Made by a program: the position numbers and the translations under genes
In this document: in pieces, positions 14,308 to 27,357 of the stretch
Layout: every line of letters begins with the position of its first letter
Position numbering within the stretch: the first letter of the stretch is position 1
NCBI GenBank assembly: GCA_951406725.2
Contig: OX597820.1
Coordinates: 82,026,001-82,090,000, forward strand
Origin: Octopus vulgaris
Lineage: Eukaryota
DNA length: 64,000 bases
Reading direction: 5' to 3'
The notes under the pieces: model-generated
Database searches by the model: none
What the model was told of the DNA's origin: nothing
Seen by the model: only the letters and a program-made list of their open reading frames with translations

Positions 14308-14738
14308 CTCTCTCTCTCTCACACAAACACACATACAAACACACACACTCGTTTGTGTGCATATCAGACAAAAAAAAGATACTTTGTTCACAACATATTT
14401 AGCTACGTCAACTTATATATTAACAATGAAATAGGAAAAGAATTATAAGCAGATTTTATTTTCAAATCTTCACCGGTTGTATGACTCTCATTAGTAAACT
14501 TTAGTGATACTTGGTGTGATAGTTAATACTGTATCACTTTCAGCTGTCGAATATACATGCTACTAATGAGATTTACGAAGTCTCTGGAGATTTCACAATG
14601 CAATTTGCTTATAGGTTATTCTTTATATAATTGTTAATGAAATGCATGTAAGATAATATAATTAAATATTTATGGGCAAATTTTCTGTAACTATGGTAGG
14701 AGTTCTCTCAGAGTTTTCCTTTTTGATATTCAGGCATA

Positions 14739-15613
14739 TACGTGGTCTGATCAATAAGTATCTGGACTGTTGCTATAGTAACGAAACTAAAGCACGGAAA
14801 GTGATGCCGCTTGGCACAGATTGCCCTTAAACACTGTTGTGCATGCGCACTAACTTTTAACAGTCTAGCTCACTTCCATTGTTTACAGCAATGCTTGGAA
14901 GGAAGGTGTGTAGCGCGTGATCATAGTATTGTCAATGACAGAGAAAGCTGAGCACAGAATCTGCATCAAATTTTGCCAAAAGCTTGGCGATACCTCTGAA
15001 GGTCTGCGCAAAATTTTCAAAAAGTTTTCATTGTTCTCGACATAGCCAAGGAGATCTAGAGCAAATAAAACCTAAGTGTCCTTTTGGTCAACTGAAATCA
15101 GTTTGGTACAAACTTGGCAGATACACATTTCATACCCAAATCTTCAGTGATAATGGACTGAACTGAACTATAACTAATCTGCTCGACCTTTGATAAATCA
15201 CGGATGGGGATTCAACAATTTTTCCTCACAGCTGCACACACATCAGCAACGTTTTTCTCAGTTCTGCTGGTTGCGGGTCTCCGAGAACCTTCGTCATATC
15301 GACATTTTTTCGGCCATCTTGGAAACTTCTGAACCACTCGTACACTTGTGTACGGCTCATTGACTCCTCTCCATACACTTTCTGCAACTTTGCGTAGGCC
15401 TCTGAGCAGGTATCACCATGACAACTTTCTCTATCACGGTCAATGCGACGATCACACGCAACACACATTCCTTCCAAGCACTGCTGTAAACAGCTGAAGT
15501 GAACTGGAACGTTAAAATTTTGTGCGCATGCACAGCAAAGTTCAAAGTCAATGTTTGCCCAGCGGCTTCGTTACTATGGCAACAGTCCGAATACTTATTA
15601 ATCAGACCTAGTA
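14739..15613 (-). mobile_element. Non-autonomous mariner derivative built from two inverted 5' ends
   Basis: TIR TACGTGGTCTGATCAATAAGTA / TACTTATTAATCAGACCTAGTA with TA flanks; inverted homology extends ~250 bp; minus strand encodes the N-terminal transposase through EDLGMKCVSAKFVP. Confidence 0.88.
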
Positions 15614-15724
15614 TATAGTGTTTTACATACTGGTTATTTGTTAAGCGATTCCAATATACATCGAACAATATATTTATAATAGGTATTTGTTTTGTGTATA
15701 TTTGTATGTATGCATGCATTTGTA

Positions 15725-15767
<43 letters not shown>

Positions 15768-17171
15768 ACACACACATACACACACACACACACATACATA
15801 CACATTCTATAGACATGTTTGCAAGTACAGTCTGGTAGTGGCACTATTTAGTATTAATGCACCTCTAGCATATTAACATTTTTAATGCGGTTAATTTAAT
15901 TTCTTATGCGGCGTTTCAGTGAGAAATATCTGGGCTTTTATATAAGATGATGTATTTGTGGTAAATTACATGTGTATCTGTCATATATGTCTCACCCACG
16001 TTTGATTTTTTTTTCAACTTCCACTTATCCAGTTGAGTATAGTAACTGTTTCAAAAAAAAAAAAAGAAAAACTTTTCAATCACTCATATATTTCGGTCAT
16101 ATCGTTTTTCTCCTTTTTCTTTTCTATTTTTTTTTTTCTGACAATAATCCATTTTGGTTCATACGTGGAGCCGTGCTGCTAAAGTTCATTCTTCTATTTC
16201 CCAAATGACGAGCTGAGTTGCCCAAAAGATTTTTAAAAAATGATGCAATGCCTCGGAGTAAAGGTAACATACGTATCTGTTCTCTGTAGTACAACTGAGA
16301 TACAAGCCTACCATTTTGAGAACATAGGTATTGTTATCGTGGCTTTGATTAATTCAATTGACTCTGAATTTCTTACCGAGCATTTGTAAGGAAATATACC
16401 ACGTGTTACATGAGTTGACGTAACTGCTTTGCTGTACATATGTATCTGTACACAACTTTTATGAATATATTTTGTTGACATCTTATCTTGTTGAGAATTT
16501 GTTTGCTTTAGACAGATATGGTAAAGTAGAATTTTCTGTCGAGTTATATAAAGCTTTTGATCCGACCTCTGTTTCCTTTCATCTTCTTTTCAGTACACCC
16601 ACGGTAATTCTGTATCTTCTATATAAACGCATGTCGCTTATGCTCAGTCCTCTACTTCCTGGCTAATGGAATCTATTAACCTACATTTGAAACTAAATAT
16701 CATGTCCCGAAATCAAGGTAATATATACATATCTGTAATATGTACAATATTTAAGGTTCCTTCATTTCATTCTCTTTTAACCACATAAAATTGGGAAGGT
16801 GTTTTTTTCATAATTCCAAGTATTTCAATATATTTTGAACTTTTGATTGAACACTTTCAATTAAGAATAATATTTTTTCCAGTCGAAGCTGTATACGGCG
16901 TAACACATGTACTTTTGTCATTTATGTGTATGAATATATGCCATCTTTCTAACTATATGTATGTGTACGTGCGTGTGTATGTGTGCGTGCAAGCATATGT
17001 ATGCGTGTGTGTGTTGTGTGTGTGTATGTGTGTGTGCTTCAATGTATGTATACATACGTGTATACTTCTGTATAAATACTAAGCTGTTGTATGATAAACA
17101 AACGTAAACAGACAACAGTGTTGACACAAATTTACACACACACACACACACATTATTCATAAACGTTCATA

Positions 17172-17244
<73 letters not shown>

Positions 17245-17267
17245 TACATATATATTATATATATATA

Positions 17268-17642
<375 letters not shown>

Positions 17643-18057
17643 TTTTATATATATTCTTACATTGCACATAAACATTTATACGTACTTTAATATGAAGAAG
17701 GAAAAGCAATCCTAACACTTCTCATTATTTCTTTCTCTCACTCTCGCTCGCTCTTTCTCTTCTCTCTCTCTTTTTCCTCCCACCCCTCTCTCTCTCTCTC
17801 TCCTTCTCTCTTATTCGGATTTGATTCCATCCATTCTGTTGTTAACCCTATTCAACTGTCATATTTTCTCTCTTACTCAGCCCTTCATGCCTTTCCCTCC
17901 TGCTCTATTCATCGTTTCCTTGTCTTCACTTTTCTCTCCCCCATTGTATCTCTCCCTTAACTTCATTCCTCCTCCCTGTACCCATTTCTCTCTTCAGTCT
18001 TCACTCGTAACCATTTAGGCTCCTTGGTTATTCTCTTTTATTTATCTATCTATCTAC

Positions 18058-18137
<80 letters not shown>

Positions 18138-18269
18138 ATGTGTGTGTGGGAGATAGAGATAGAGAGAGAGATAGTGATAGAGAGAGAGAGAGTAAAATAA
18201 GGATTCAGAATCAGGTACTTGAAAAGATATGCGCCAGGCAGGGTTGGATAAAACTGTGGTCCCGGCCTA

Positions 18270-18807
18270 TATGTGTGTGTGTTTGTCTCCCCCCACCCCA
18301 ACATCCCTTGACAACCAATGCTGGTGTGTTTACGTCCCCGTAACTTAGCGGTTCGGCAAAAGGGACCGACAGAATAAGTACTAGGCTTACAAAGAATAAG
18401 TCCTGGGGTCGATTTGCCGGACTAAAGACGGTGCTCCAGCATGGCTGCAGTCAAATGGCTGAAACAAGTAAAAGAATAAATATATATATATATATATTTA
18501 TTCCTTTATTCTTTTATGTGTTTCAGCCATTTGACTGCAGCCATGCTGGAGCACCGCCTTTAGTCCGACAAATCGACCCCAGGACTTATTCTTTGTAAGC
18601 CTAGTACTTATTCTGTCGGTCTCTTTTGCCGAACCGATAAGTTACGAGGACGTAAACACACCAGCATTGTTTGTCAAGCGATGTTGGGGGGGGGGGACAA
18701 ACACACACACAGACACACACACATATACATACATATACATATATACGACGGGCTTCTTAAAGTTTCCGTCAACCATATCCACTCACAAGGCTTTTGTCGG
18801 CCCGAGG

Positions 18808-18810
<3 letters not shown>
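18270..18810. mobile_element. Tail-to-tail inverted pair of family A SINEs
   Basis: 18270-18480 (+) and 18498-18810 (-) are reverse complements over ~210 bp around a TA spacer. Confidence 0.92.
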
Positions 18811-18859
<49 letters not shown>

Positions 18860-19148
18860 ATGTATATGTATATATATATATGCATATGTATATGTATATA
18901 TATAATAAATAATAATATCAGGGTAATAAAAATTATAGAAATTTTTACTACCAGTGGCCTAGCGTACAAAAAAATTAGTCAATAGACTATATATTATTCA
19001 TATAAAATACAGTGTACATTAAAACACATTAAGAGGCTTCCATCATAGGAATCCATTACGCTAGAAAGAATTGTTAAAGTCCAAACCACTAATTAAGGAT
19101 AAATTCTCGAAGGGAATGAAAAATAAAAACATTTACCATCTAATTTAA

Positions 19149-19226
19149 TTCCTGGACCATGGTTTCTGACTTATTTTAGTAAATAAAAATTATTATTTAC
19201 CGAGGCGAAGTCTTCATCAACGGGGA
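19149..19226 (-). ncRNA. Type I hammerhead ribozyme, first core base mutated
   Basis: Minus strand tccccg-tTGATGA-aGACTT...AAGTCa-GAAAC-catg-GTC-caggaa; palindromic stem III ACCATGGT. Confidence 0.6.
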
Positions 19227-19464
19227 TGCCTTAGATTAAATATACAAACAACGAGGTCAATCCAGCATGTAACTCATTGCTTGTACATCTTATCGTTACT
19301 TAAGAAATTATTGTTATTATCTCAACACTGTGGAGTTCCTGAAGTAGATCCAACGGAAATATACCCCGACTGCGGATGACACCAGGTATCCCAAATTGTG
19401 CCAGTGCTCTTCTCAACACTTCAACACACTAATCGACACATACCCATTAGTCCTAACTATTAAA

Positions 19465-19501
<37 letters not shown>

Positions 19502-19566
19502 CTTCCTCTTTCTTCTCTTTCCCTCTCTCTCTCTTCTCTCTTTCTCTTTCTCTCTTTCTATTTCTC

Positions 19567-19599
<33 letters not shown>

Positions 19600-19617
19600 C
19601 TCTTTCTCTCTCTCTCT

Positions 19618-19682
<65 letters not shown>

Positions 19683-19787
19683 GTATATGTATATATATAT
19701 GTATGTTTGCGTACATGCACACGTACGCAAATAAGTATATATACGTGTGTGTGTGTGTGTGCAGCAAAAATTCTGCAGCATATAATT

Positions 19788-20410
19788 GGTAATCAATGGA
19801 TAGTGCCATACTGCTCTCTTTTATCTAAACTATTTCTTAGCCACATGAATATAGAATACTGTAATTCCATAAAGTCAATCAAATACATTTGTAAATGCTA
19901 ACAAGGATTATCGTTTTGCAATGTTTACTTTGTATAACAAACATTTCAAAATAATATCTTGTTCCAGATGAGGCAGTACATTTGTATCAACGAGGTTTTG
20001 TGGAAAGTGTTTGGATTCCCTGTTCCTAAAAGTTATTCGCTTGTCTCTAATCTGGTTGTACACTTAGAGAATGGACAAAGTATATGTTTTACTTCAGAAA
20101 CTGATGCTCAGCAGTCCATGTTTCTGAAGGAAACTACATTAGAATTTTTCAGACTTTGCCAGAAAAACTATTATTCACTGCCCATATTATACATAGACCA
20201 ACAAAGGAATCGTAAAACAAGGGAGTTGGGGTTCAAGGTAATCTTGATATACGAGGACAATGTTCAGGTAAATTGGACATTCAACTCAGCAGGAACTCTT
20301 TGTCTTAGGACTGTTTCTTCAGGAAATCCTTGGCATCACATCCTTTCTCTACTTTCAAACTATTGATGGTTATGTTTGTGTTACTTGCTAAAAGATTAAG
20401 ATTGCTACAA
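19788..20410 (+). mobile_element. Helitron Rep-helicase fragment
   Basis: NQWIVPYCSLLSKLFLSHMNIEYCNSIKSIKYICK...FQMRQYICINEVLWKVFGFP...LVVHLENGQ...TTLEFFRLCQ. Confidence 0.9.
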
Positions 20411-20492
20411 TTTGATTGTTATTGGATGGTATATATATATATATATATAAATGAAAGAATGGAGTTGAACGAGGATTTAACAAAATTCCTTT

Positions 20493-20577
20493 ATTCTCGA
20501 CATATGTTTCGAAGGCTGCATATTCCTAATTTCGAAGGAATAAGGGGTGCATTATGCCGCCTTCTCATCAGGAAAAA
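20493..20577 (-). ncRNA. Type I minimal hammerhead ribozyme with intact catalytic core
   Basis: Minus strand ttttc-CTGATGA-GAAGGC...GCCTTC-GAAAC-atat-GTC-gagaa: all core nucleotides, 6-bp stem II, GUC site, palindromic stem III. Confidence 0.85.
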
Positions 20578-21474
20578 CACACAAATTTCCACACGAAAGC
20601 ACGTGATCTCTGCCCTTGGCATGTAGCTTCAACTGTGTTTTTCTGACGTGAATTTGCTACCCAGGTATCGGTTAACCGAATTATCCATACTAAGATAATT
20701 CATTCAACTACTTATATATATATATATATACATATATGTTTTTTTCCATGTACTAATGTTTCTGCGGAACTAAATCAAAACTTTTTCCAACACCAGCAGA
20801 TGAATAGATTTTTCCGTATTTCCACTGCTACTGCTATCACCTTTGTTATTGTCACTGCTGCTGCTATTGTTGTTAAGCAACAAGACGGGATAAGGGTAAT
20901 TAGGTGATGGTCTGGGAGACCCCAGACCTTGGAAAAAAAAAACTTTGGTCGTCTTGTTGTAGTCGAGGGCTCTTCGTTGACGCCCAACACCACTGGGAGG
21001 TGGCCCTCAAAGTCGCTGGAAATGGAAATCTCCAGGTTCAAATTCTTGGATGGCTGTCGCTGCTACTGCGATTACTGGTTATTGGTGTGACAGTAGAGGC
21101 ACCAGTAGAACAGTTTGCAGTGGATGGGGAGGTAGCGAGGGCAATGAATACATCTCTCTTGTTGGCGATCTTGTGTGCAACGGTTGTTGTTTTACTGCTA
21201 CAACTACCTGCTTTTCCGCTTGACATATCATCGCTGCTGTCGCTGCTGCTGTTGTTGCTACTGATAATGCTATTACTAGTCATTACTAAGGTTGTGATGT
21301 TGCGTGGTGGGAGATGTGGACTACGAACCAGTAATTAAGCTTCAATCCACTTCTCACTTTCTTCACTTCTTGGTCGGCTGACGACCACGATAGCGTGGAA
21401 GCAATTTTGAATTTTTTTTTTAATTATTTGAAGAGATTTTCGTTCTTTCTCAAATTTTCCCTCGTGATGCGAGT

Positions 21475-21655
21475 AATAAAAAGGTATCAACCAGTGGGGA
21501 AGAAATAAGATGCTCACATCGAACCAAGTCTTCAACTGGTAAACATTTTATGGATGGAACCCGAAAGAATGAAAGGCAAAGCCAACCTCGGTGACATTTG
21601 AACTCATAACGTAAAGCCGGAAGAAAGTTCGTTAAGCATTTTGTCCTGCGTGACG
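21475..21655 (-). mobile_element. Decayed family B SINE
   Basis: aatgaaaggcaaagccaacctcgg...tttgaactc matches 46117-46313. Confidence 0.7.
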
Positions 21656-21822
21656 AAGAAGAAGAAGAAGAAGAAGAAGAAGAAGAAGACTCACCATCTC
21701 CATCACTATTACTACCACCGTTATTACCAGTCATCATCATCATCATCATCATCAAAATCATCACCACTACCATTATCACCAGCACTTTCATCGTTACCGT
21801 CATCATCATCATTAATATCATG

Positions 21823-21853
<31 letters not shown>

Positions 21854-22370
21854 TCCTCATCCTCACCATAATCAAATCTCAGGTTTTCATGCTACCCCCC
21901 CCCTAAGTATGGTTCTATACACTCTTCTACTCTCACTTATAGACTCTTAGTATTTCTCCATCACCACTATCATTATGTTAGCGCGAATACAATTTCCTCT
22001 GTCAACAGCCCCATAAGAACAACCACTACGTTTCTTACTCAATCTTTGACGTGTTCTCAAACGAAACGACATATTTTTTATTGTTCCCACTTTAAACAAT
22101 GAATACAATTGCGCGCACACACACACAGGCACTCAGACACACAGACACACACACACTCACAAACTCGCACGTACGTATATATATGTGTATATTTTTTTAT
22201 AGATGTATATATGTATATATACATATTTGTGTGAATAGATGAGTGATGTATATATGTATATATATATATATATAACGGACAGGTTTACGAAAATAAACAA
22301 AAGACGAAGGCAGGTGAAGTACATACAAACAATGTATTAGTATGGCGCTCAGGAATAGAAATAAAAGAAG

Positions 22371-22408
22371 TCTTTTACGTTTCGAGCCTACGCTCTTCGA
22401 CAGAAAGA
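22371..22408 (-). ncRNA. Variant minimal hammerhead motif in a ~205-bp element (22275-22480)
   Basis: Minus strand TCTTT-CTGTCGA-a-GAGC gtag GCTC-GAAAC-GTA-AAAGA; perfect stems I and II; core differs from CUGANGA. Confidence 0.65.
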
Positions 22409-22481
22409 TACACAGACAAGAAACAAGGAGAGAAACAAGGAGAGAAAAAAATTGCGTATAGGGGCTAACGATCCAACATAT

Positions 22482-22701
22482 CTTTTATCTTTTACCTGGT
22501 TCAGTCATTTGACTGTGGCCATGGTGGGGCAATGTTTGAATTTTGAGACGAAGAAATCGATCCCAGGACTTATTTTTGAATCTGGTACTTATACTGATCG
22601 CCGCTTGCCCGAACCACTAAGTTACAGGGTACGTAAACACACCCGCACTGGTTGTCAAGTGGTGATTGCAGCACAAACACAGACACACACATATACACAG
22701 G

Positions 22702-22764
<63 letters not shown>

Positions 22765-22921
22765 TACTGTTTTCTTTCAGTTTACACCTACCAAATCCGC
22801 TCACAAGGCTTTGGTCGACCCGAGGCTATAGAAGACACTTGCTCAAAGTGCCACGCAATGGGACTGAACCCGGACCATGTGGTTGGGAAGAAAGCTTCTT
22901 ACCACACAGCCACTCCTGCAC
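22482..22921 (-). mobile_element. Family A SINE
   Basis: Collinear with 11481-11872. Confidence 0.88.
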
Positions 22922-22974
22922 CCACCCACACACACACACACACAACTTGCGACTGCGTGTGACTGCGTGCGTGT

Positions 22975-23383
22975 ATCTTTTATTTTTTACCTGTTTCACT
23001 CATTAGACTGCGGCCGTGCTGGGGCACCGCCTTGAGAAATTTTAGTCGAACGAATCGGCCTCAGTCCTTATATTCTTTTTCAAGTCTGGTACTTATTTTG
23101 TCGGTCTCTTTTGTCGAACTGCTGTGCTACAGAGACGTAAACACCCCCGACACTGGCTGTCAAACAGTGGTGGGCACGCACACACACACAAACACACACA
23201 CACACATGTATGTATCTATATTCGACGGGCTTCTTCCCGTTTCCGTCTACCAAATGTACTCACAAGGCTTTGATTGGTTCGGTGCTGTATGTGAAGACAA
23301 TTAACGAAAGTGCCACACAGTGGGTACTGAATAAGGACCATGTAGTCTTGAAGCAAACTTCTTACACACTGCCATGCCTGCTC
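22975..23383 (-). mobile_element. Family A SINE (older copy)
   Basis: Collinear with 11481-11872. Confidence 0.85.
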
Positions 23384-23791
23384 CCGAGAGAAAATAGTTT
23401 TCATATTTTCATTAAGGCAGAACGGCTGACAAAATCGTCCGGAGTAAGATTTGAACTCATAATTCATGAATCTGTATCAATATAAATATTCCAGGCATTT
23501 GTTAAAGCGCCCTTGAAACCATGTGCCATAAACAGCGTCCTAGATAAATAAATAGATACATCTTGCTATATATCACAAATATATATAAACATGCAGACTA
23601 CCACACTCACATAGACACACACAAACACACAGATATATATATATGTGTGTGTGTGTGTGTATATACATATACGGATGTATGTATGTATGTATGACAAATG
23701 CATGAATAAGTTTAAAAAATACAAGAGAAAGGAAGGAACAGAGGAGAAAGAAGGAGAAGATAGGTTTCAGCAAGTCTTGTTTTTCTCACAG

Positions 23792-23824
23792 AATGTAAAA
23801 GAGCTGAACCACGTGTGACATTTG
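23792..23824 (+). CDS. Candidate 33-nt phase 1-1 micro-exon (xCKRAEPRVTFx)
   Basis: Acceptor tcttgtttttctcacAG, donor G|GTAAAT, open frame, in apparently non-repeat sequence; could be chance. Confidence 0.25.
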
Positions 23825-23991
23825 GTAAATGTAAAGCAGCGAATTGAAATGGTATTTTGTAATGGAGAATGTTAAAAAAGAGAGACAGAGAGAAAGAAAC
23901 TTCACCAGTTAAGTATTGGTGTAGAGGTTCTAGAACGTATAGACGTACCATATATACATACACATGTACATATACATGTAGACAAAGGCTT

Positions 23992-24025
<34 letters not shown>

Positions 24026-24090
24026 ACATAGTTAACATACTCATACAGAGTTATAGATGGATAGCTAGCTTAATAGATAGATAAATATAC

Positions 24091-24137
<47 letters not shown>

Positions 24138-24344
24138 GAGACAGAGATAGAGAGACAGAGATGTGTGCGTATATGTATATATATATTTGTATGTATGTAT
24201 GTATGTATGTATATATGTATGTATATATGTATGTATGTATGTACGTATGTATGCGTGTTTGCGTAAGTATATCTATGTACACACAAACGCACACATACAC
24301 TCACATTCACACATTCACACGTATATATATATAAAGAGAAAGAG

Positions 24345-24382
<38 letters not shown>

Positions 24383-24910
24383 TGAGTGAGTGAGTGTGTG
24401 TGTGTGTGTGTGTGTGCGTGTGTTCAGGTGAAATAAGCGTCAGAGATGCTTGCCCTGTAGAAGCTGCAGGATATACACAGTTTCCGTCAACTAAACTTAT
24501 TCACAAGATTCCTGCGAATAGTAGGAAAAACTTTTCGCAGTTGCAGTGAAACTATGTGTGCGTGTGAAGGATGTGTATGTATATATATATATACATATAT
24601 ATATAAATTGATATATATAGGTAATTAATAAGTTTGGAAATAGAAAGATTCAATGGATATAAATTAATCTATCAATTATTTAACATTGCCTACAATTGTT
24701 TCATTTCTCACCCAATTTGAATTACAAAATGTATATAGTAATATAGGTTTCAGGGCAAAAATGGACATTATAGAGTTTACATTTTGAACAATTGAAATAC
24801 TCCAACAGATTAAGCAGATGAAAGCGTATTTGTTGGGGGCGCGCACGCGTGTGTGCATGCGTTAATGTTTTTATTTTTATTTGAATACAACAACAACAAC
24901 AACAACAACA

Positions 24911-24971
<61 letters not shown>

Positions 24972-26134
24972 GTGTATAAGAATAAAGATAAAGAATAAAA
25001 ATAAAGATTAATAATAGATAATGAAAATAATGAAATCTCTATATATATAAAACTGAGAATGTGTGTCTGTCTGTCTGTCTGTCTGTGTGTTTCCCTAAAA
25101 CTTGAGAACTACACAACTAATTTCATTCAAATTTTGCACATGCCTTACGTAAGGTCCGGGGAGTGTCATCGGCAAAAAAATTTTACTTTTTCCCTAGGGC
25201 GACCCCACAGCAATATCATATCTTCTCCACTATTTCAGTATTACGGGTTAAAAGTGAAACAAAAACATCTCTCTATTGTAATGCAGACATTCACTTTAAT
25301 ACTGAAACTATTAAAGTGAAAGTATTATATAACAGGGATGAACCATTAACAGTGGTCAGCCATTTTGCTAGAAGAAGATCCGCTATGGTCTTATATGCTA
25401 CACCACTGGTTTTCAATTCATATTAATCAAATTAATATTCAATTTTTCACCCTTATTATGTGTGTGTGTGTGTGTATTAGCAATTCGTATAAAATTGCAT
25501 CAATGACTTGAACTTGAATAAGTAGTTTCACATAAATGGGGATAAATTAAAAAGGTTTGTTGTTATTATTATTGTTTGACTATTGTAATCACATTTGTTG
25601 GTTCCTCGTCAGGGAAACGTTGTTGTGTTGCATTTGTTAAATAATTGTAAACCGTAACCCTCCCCCTTTCGGAGAAGGGGCTTTGGTTATTGTTTAAAAA
25701 TTGAATTGTGTCCCTCTTTGGGGAAATTGACAATACTTTCACCGTCTTTACGGAAGCACTTTTGTTAAAATGCCTTCGATAGAAGAAAGTCCAAAAATGA
25801 ATTTCGCTGCAGCCGTACACTTCTATACAAGAGGGAGGACAAGATCCAATTGATCGAAATTGAAAGAGACAGGCCTACAATTCCAGTCTGTTATATATTT
25901 TGAATATTGTTATCACTACGATATCAAGATATAACTTGGACTCCACCTGTACTTACTTGCAATGATTTATTCCTGAGAGTATGAGACCTTCGGGCCATTT
26001 GACGTCCGGGGAGTTGAAATTACCGATAAGAAATATGGTCACGTTGTGTTCCAGATACATGAGGATTCCTTTAATTCTTGTGAGGCAATCTTCAAACTTG
26101 CCTATGTGATTTGGAGCATCCGGTGGGCAATATG

Positions 26135-26166
<32 letters not shown>

Positions 26167-26252
26167 AAGAGAGAGTGAGAGAGAAAGAGAGAGATTTGTT
26201 TATGTTATGATTTTATTCCATGTACCCAGACTTCGTGGACACCCTAAAATTG

Positions 26253-27349
26253 CTTTGATTAAAACCCTTTCTAACATGGAAGTATCCAAGGAGCATTTAA
26301 GGCACATATAATTCTTTATGAGTACAATAAAGGTAACTCTGCAGCCGAAGCGACTCGAAACATACACTCAGTTTATGGGAAAGTGCTTTAATGAAAGAAC
26401 TTGCAGGAGATCGTTTGCAAAATTGAAAATGAAGATCGAATAGGATGTCCAGTTGAGTTTGATGATAAGCTCCTTGAGGCATTACTTGAAAAAAATCCGT
26501 CATTATCAGTTGAAGAATTGGCAATAAAGCTTACTTCAAACCATACAACAGTTCATCGTCATCTTCAACAACATGGAAAGATTCCTAAACTTGGAAAATA
26601 GGTGCCTCATGTATTGTCTGAAAGCAACCGCAAATCCCGAGTTGACATCTGCTCTTCTCTCCATTCTCGCAAACTCATTTCACCCTTTTTCGATAGACTT
26701 GTGACGAAAATGGATTTTCTATCGAAATGTTAAACGTCGTAAACAGTGGCTTGGTAAAAGGGAAAATGCTCAACCACAACCGAGAAGGGAACTTTATGAG
26801 GAAAAGGCTCTTCTCTATATCTGGTGCGATTGCAAAGGCGTAATTCACTTTATATTGTTACCACCTAATGCAACAATCAATGCTCAAGTCTACTGTCAGC
26901 AATTAGAGCGTTTGAACCAAGCTTTGAAGGAAAAAAGAGCCGTTTTAGTGAGTCAGATACGAGTAATGTTTCATCAGGACAATGCGCAACCCCACACTGC
27001 AAAGGTCACATCACAGAAGATCGAAGAGGTCGGTTTGGTGAAATTTCTTCATCCAACTTATTCTCCCGGTCTTACTCCTTCAGGATACCATTTGTTTCAT
27101 AGTTTACAGAATTATTAGGGGGACACAACTTTCGCAAGCCAGGAGGAGGTCAAAACTGACATTTCAGAGTTCTTCACTTTGAAACCAAAAGAGTTTTACA
27201 TTGATGGGATTAAAAAGTTTGGAAATGGATGGAAGTAAGTCATAGATAATCAGGGAAAGTACATTGATGATTAACTTTCAATTAAATATAACATTTGATC
27301 ACTTGCATTCTTTATCCAAAATTCGGACAGAACTTATGGGATGACCTGA
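26253..27349 (+). mobile_element. mariner element, 5' TIR missing, pseudogenised transposase
   Basis: MEVSKEHLRH start; MFHQDNAQPHT; HPTYSPGLTPSGYHLF; right TIR AAAATTCGGACAGAACTTATGGGATGACCTGA. Confidence 0.92.
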
Positions 27350-27357
27350 GATATATA

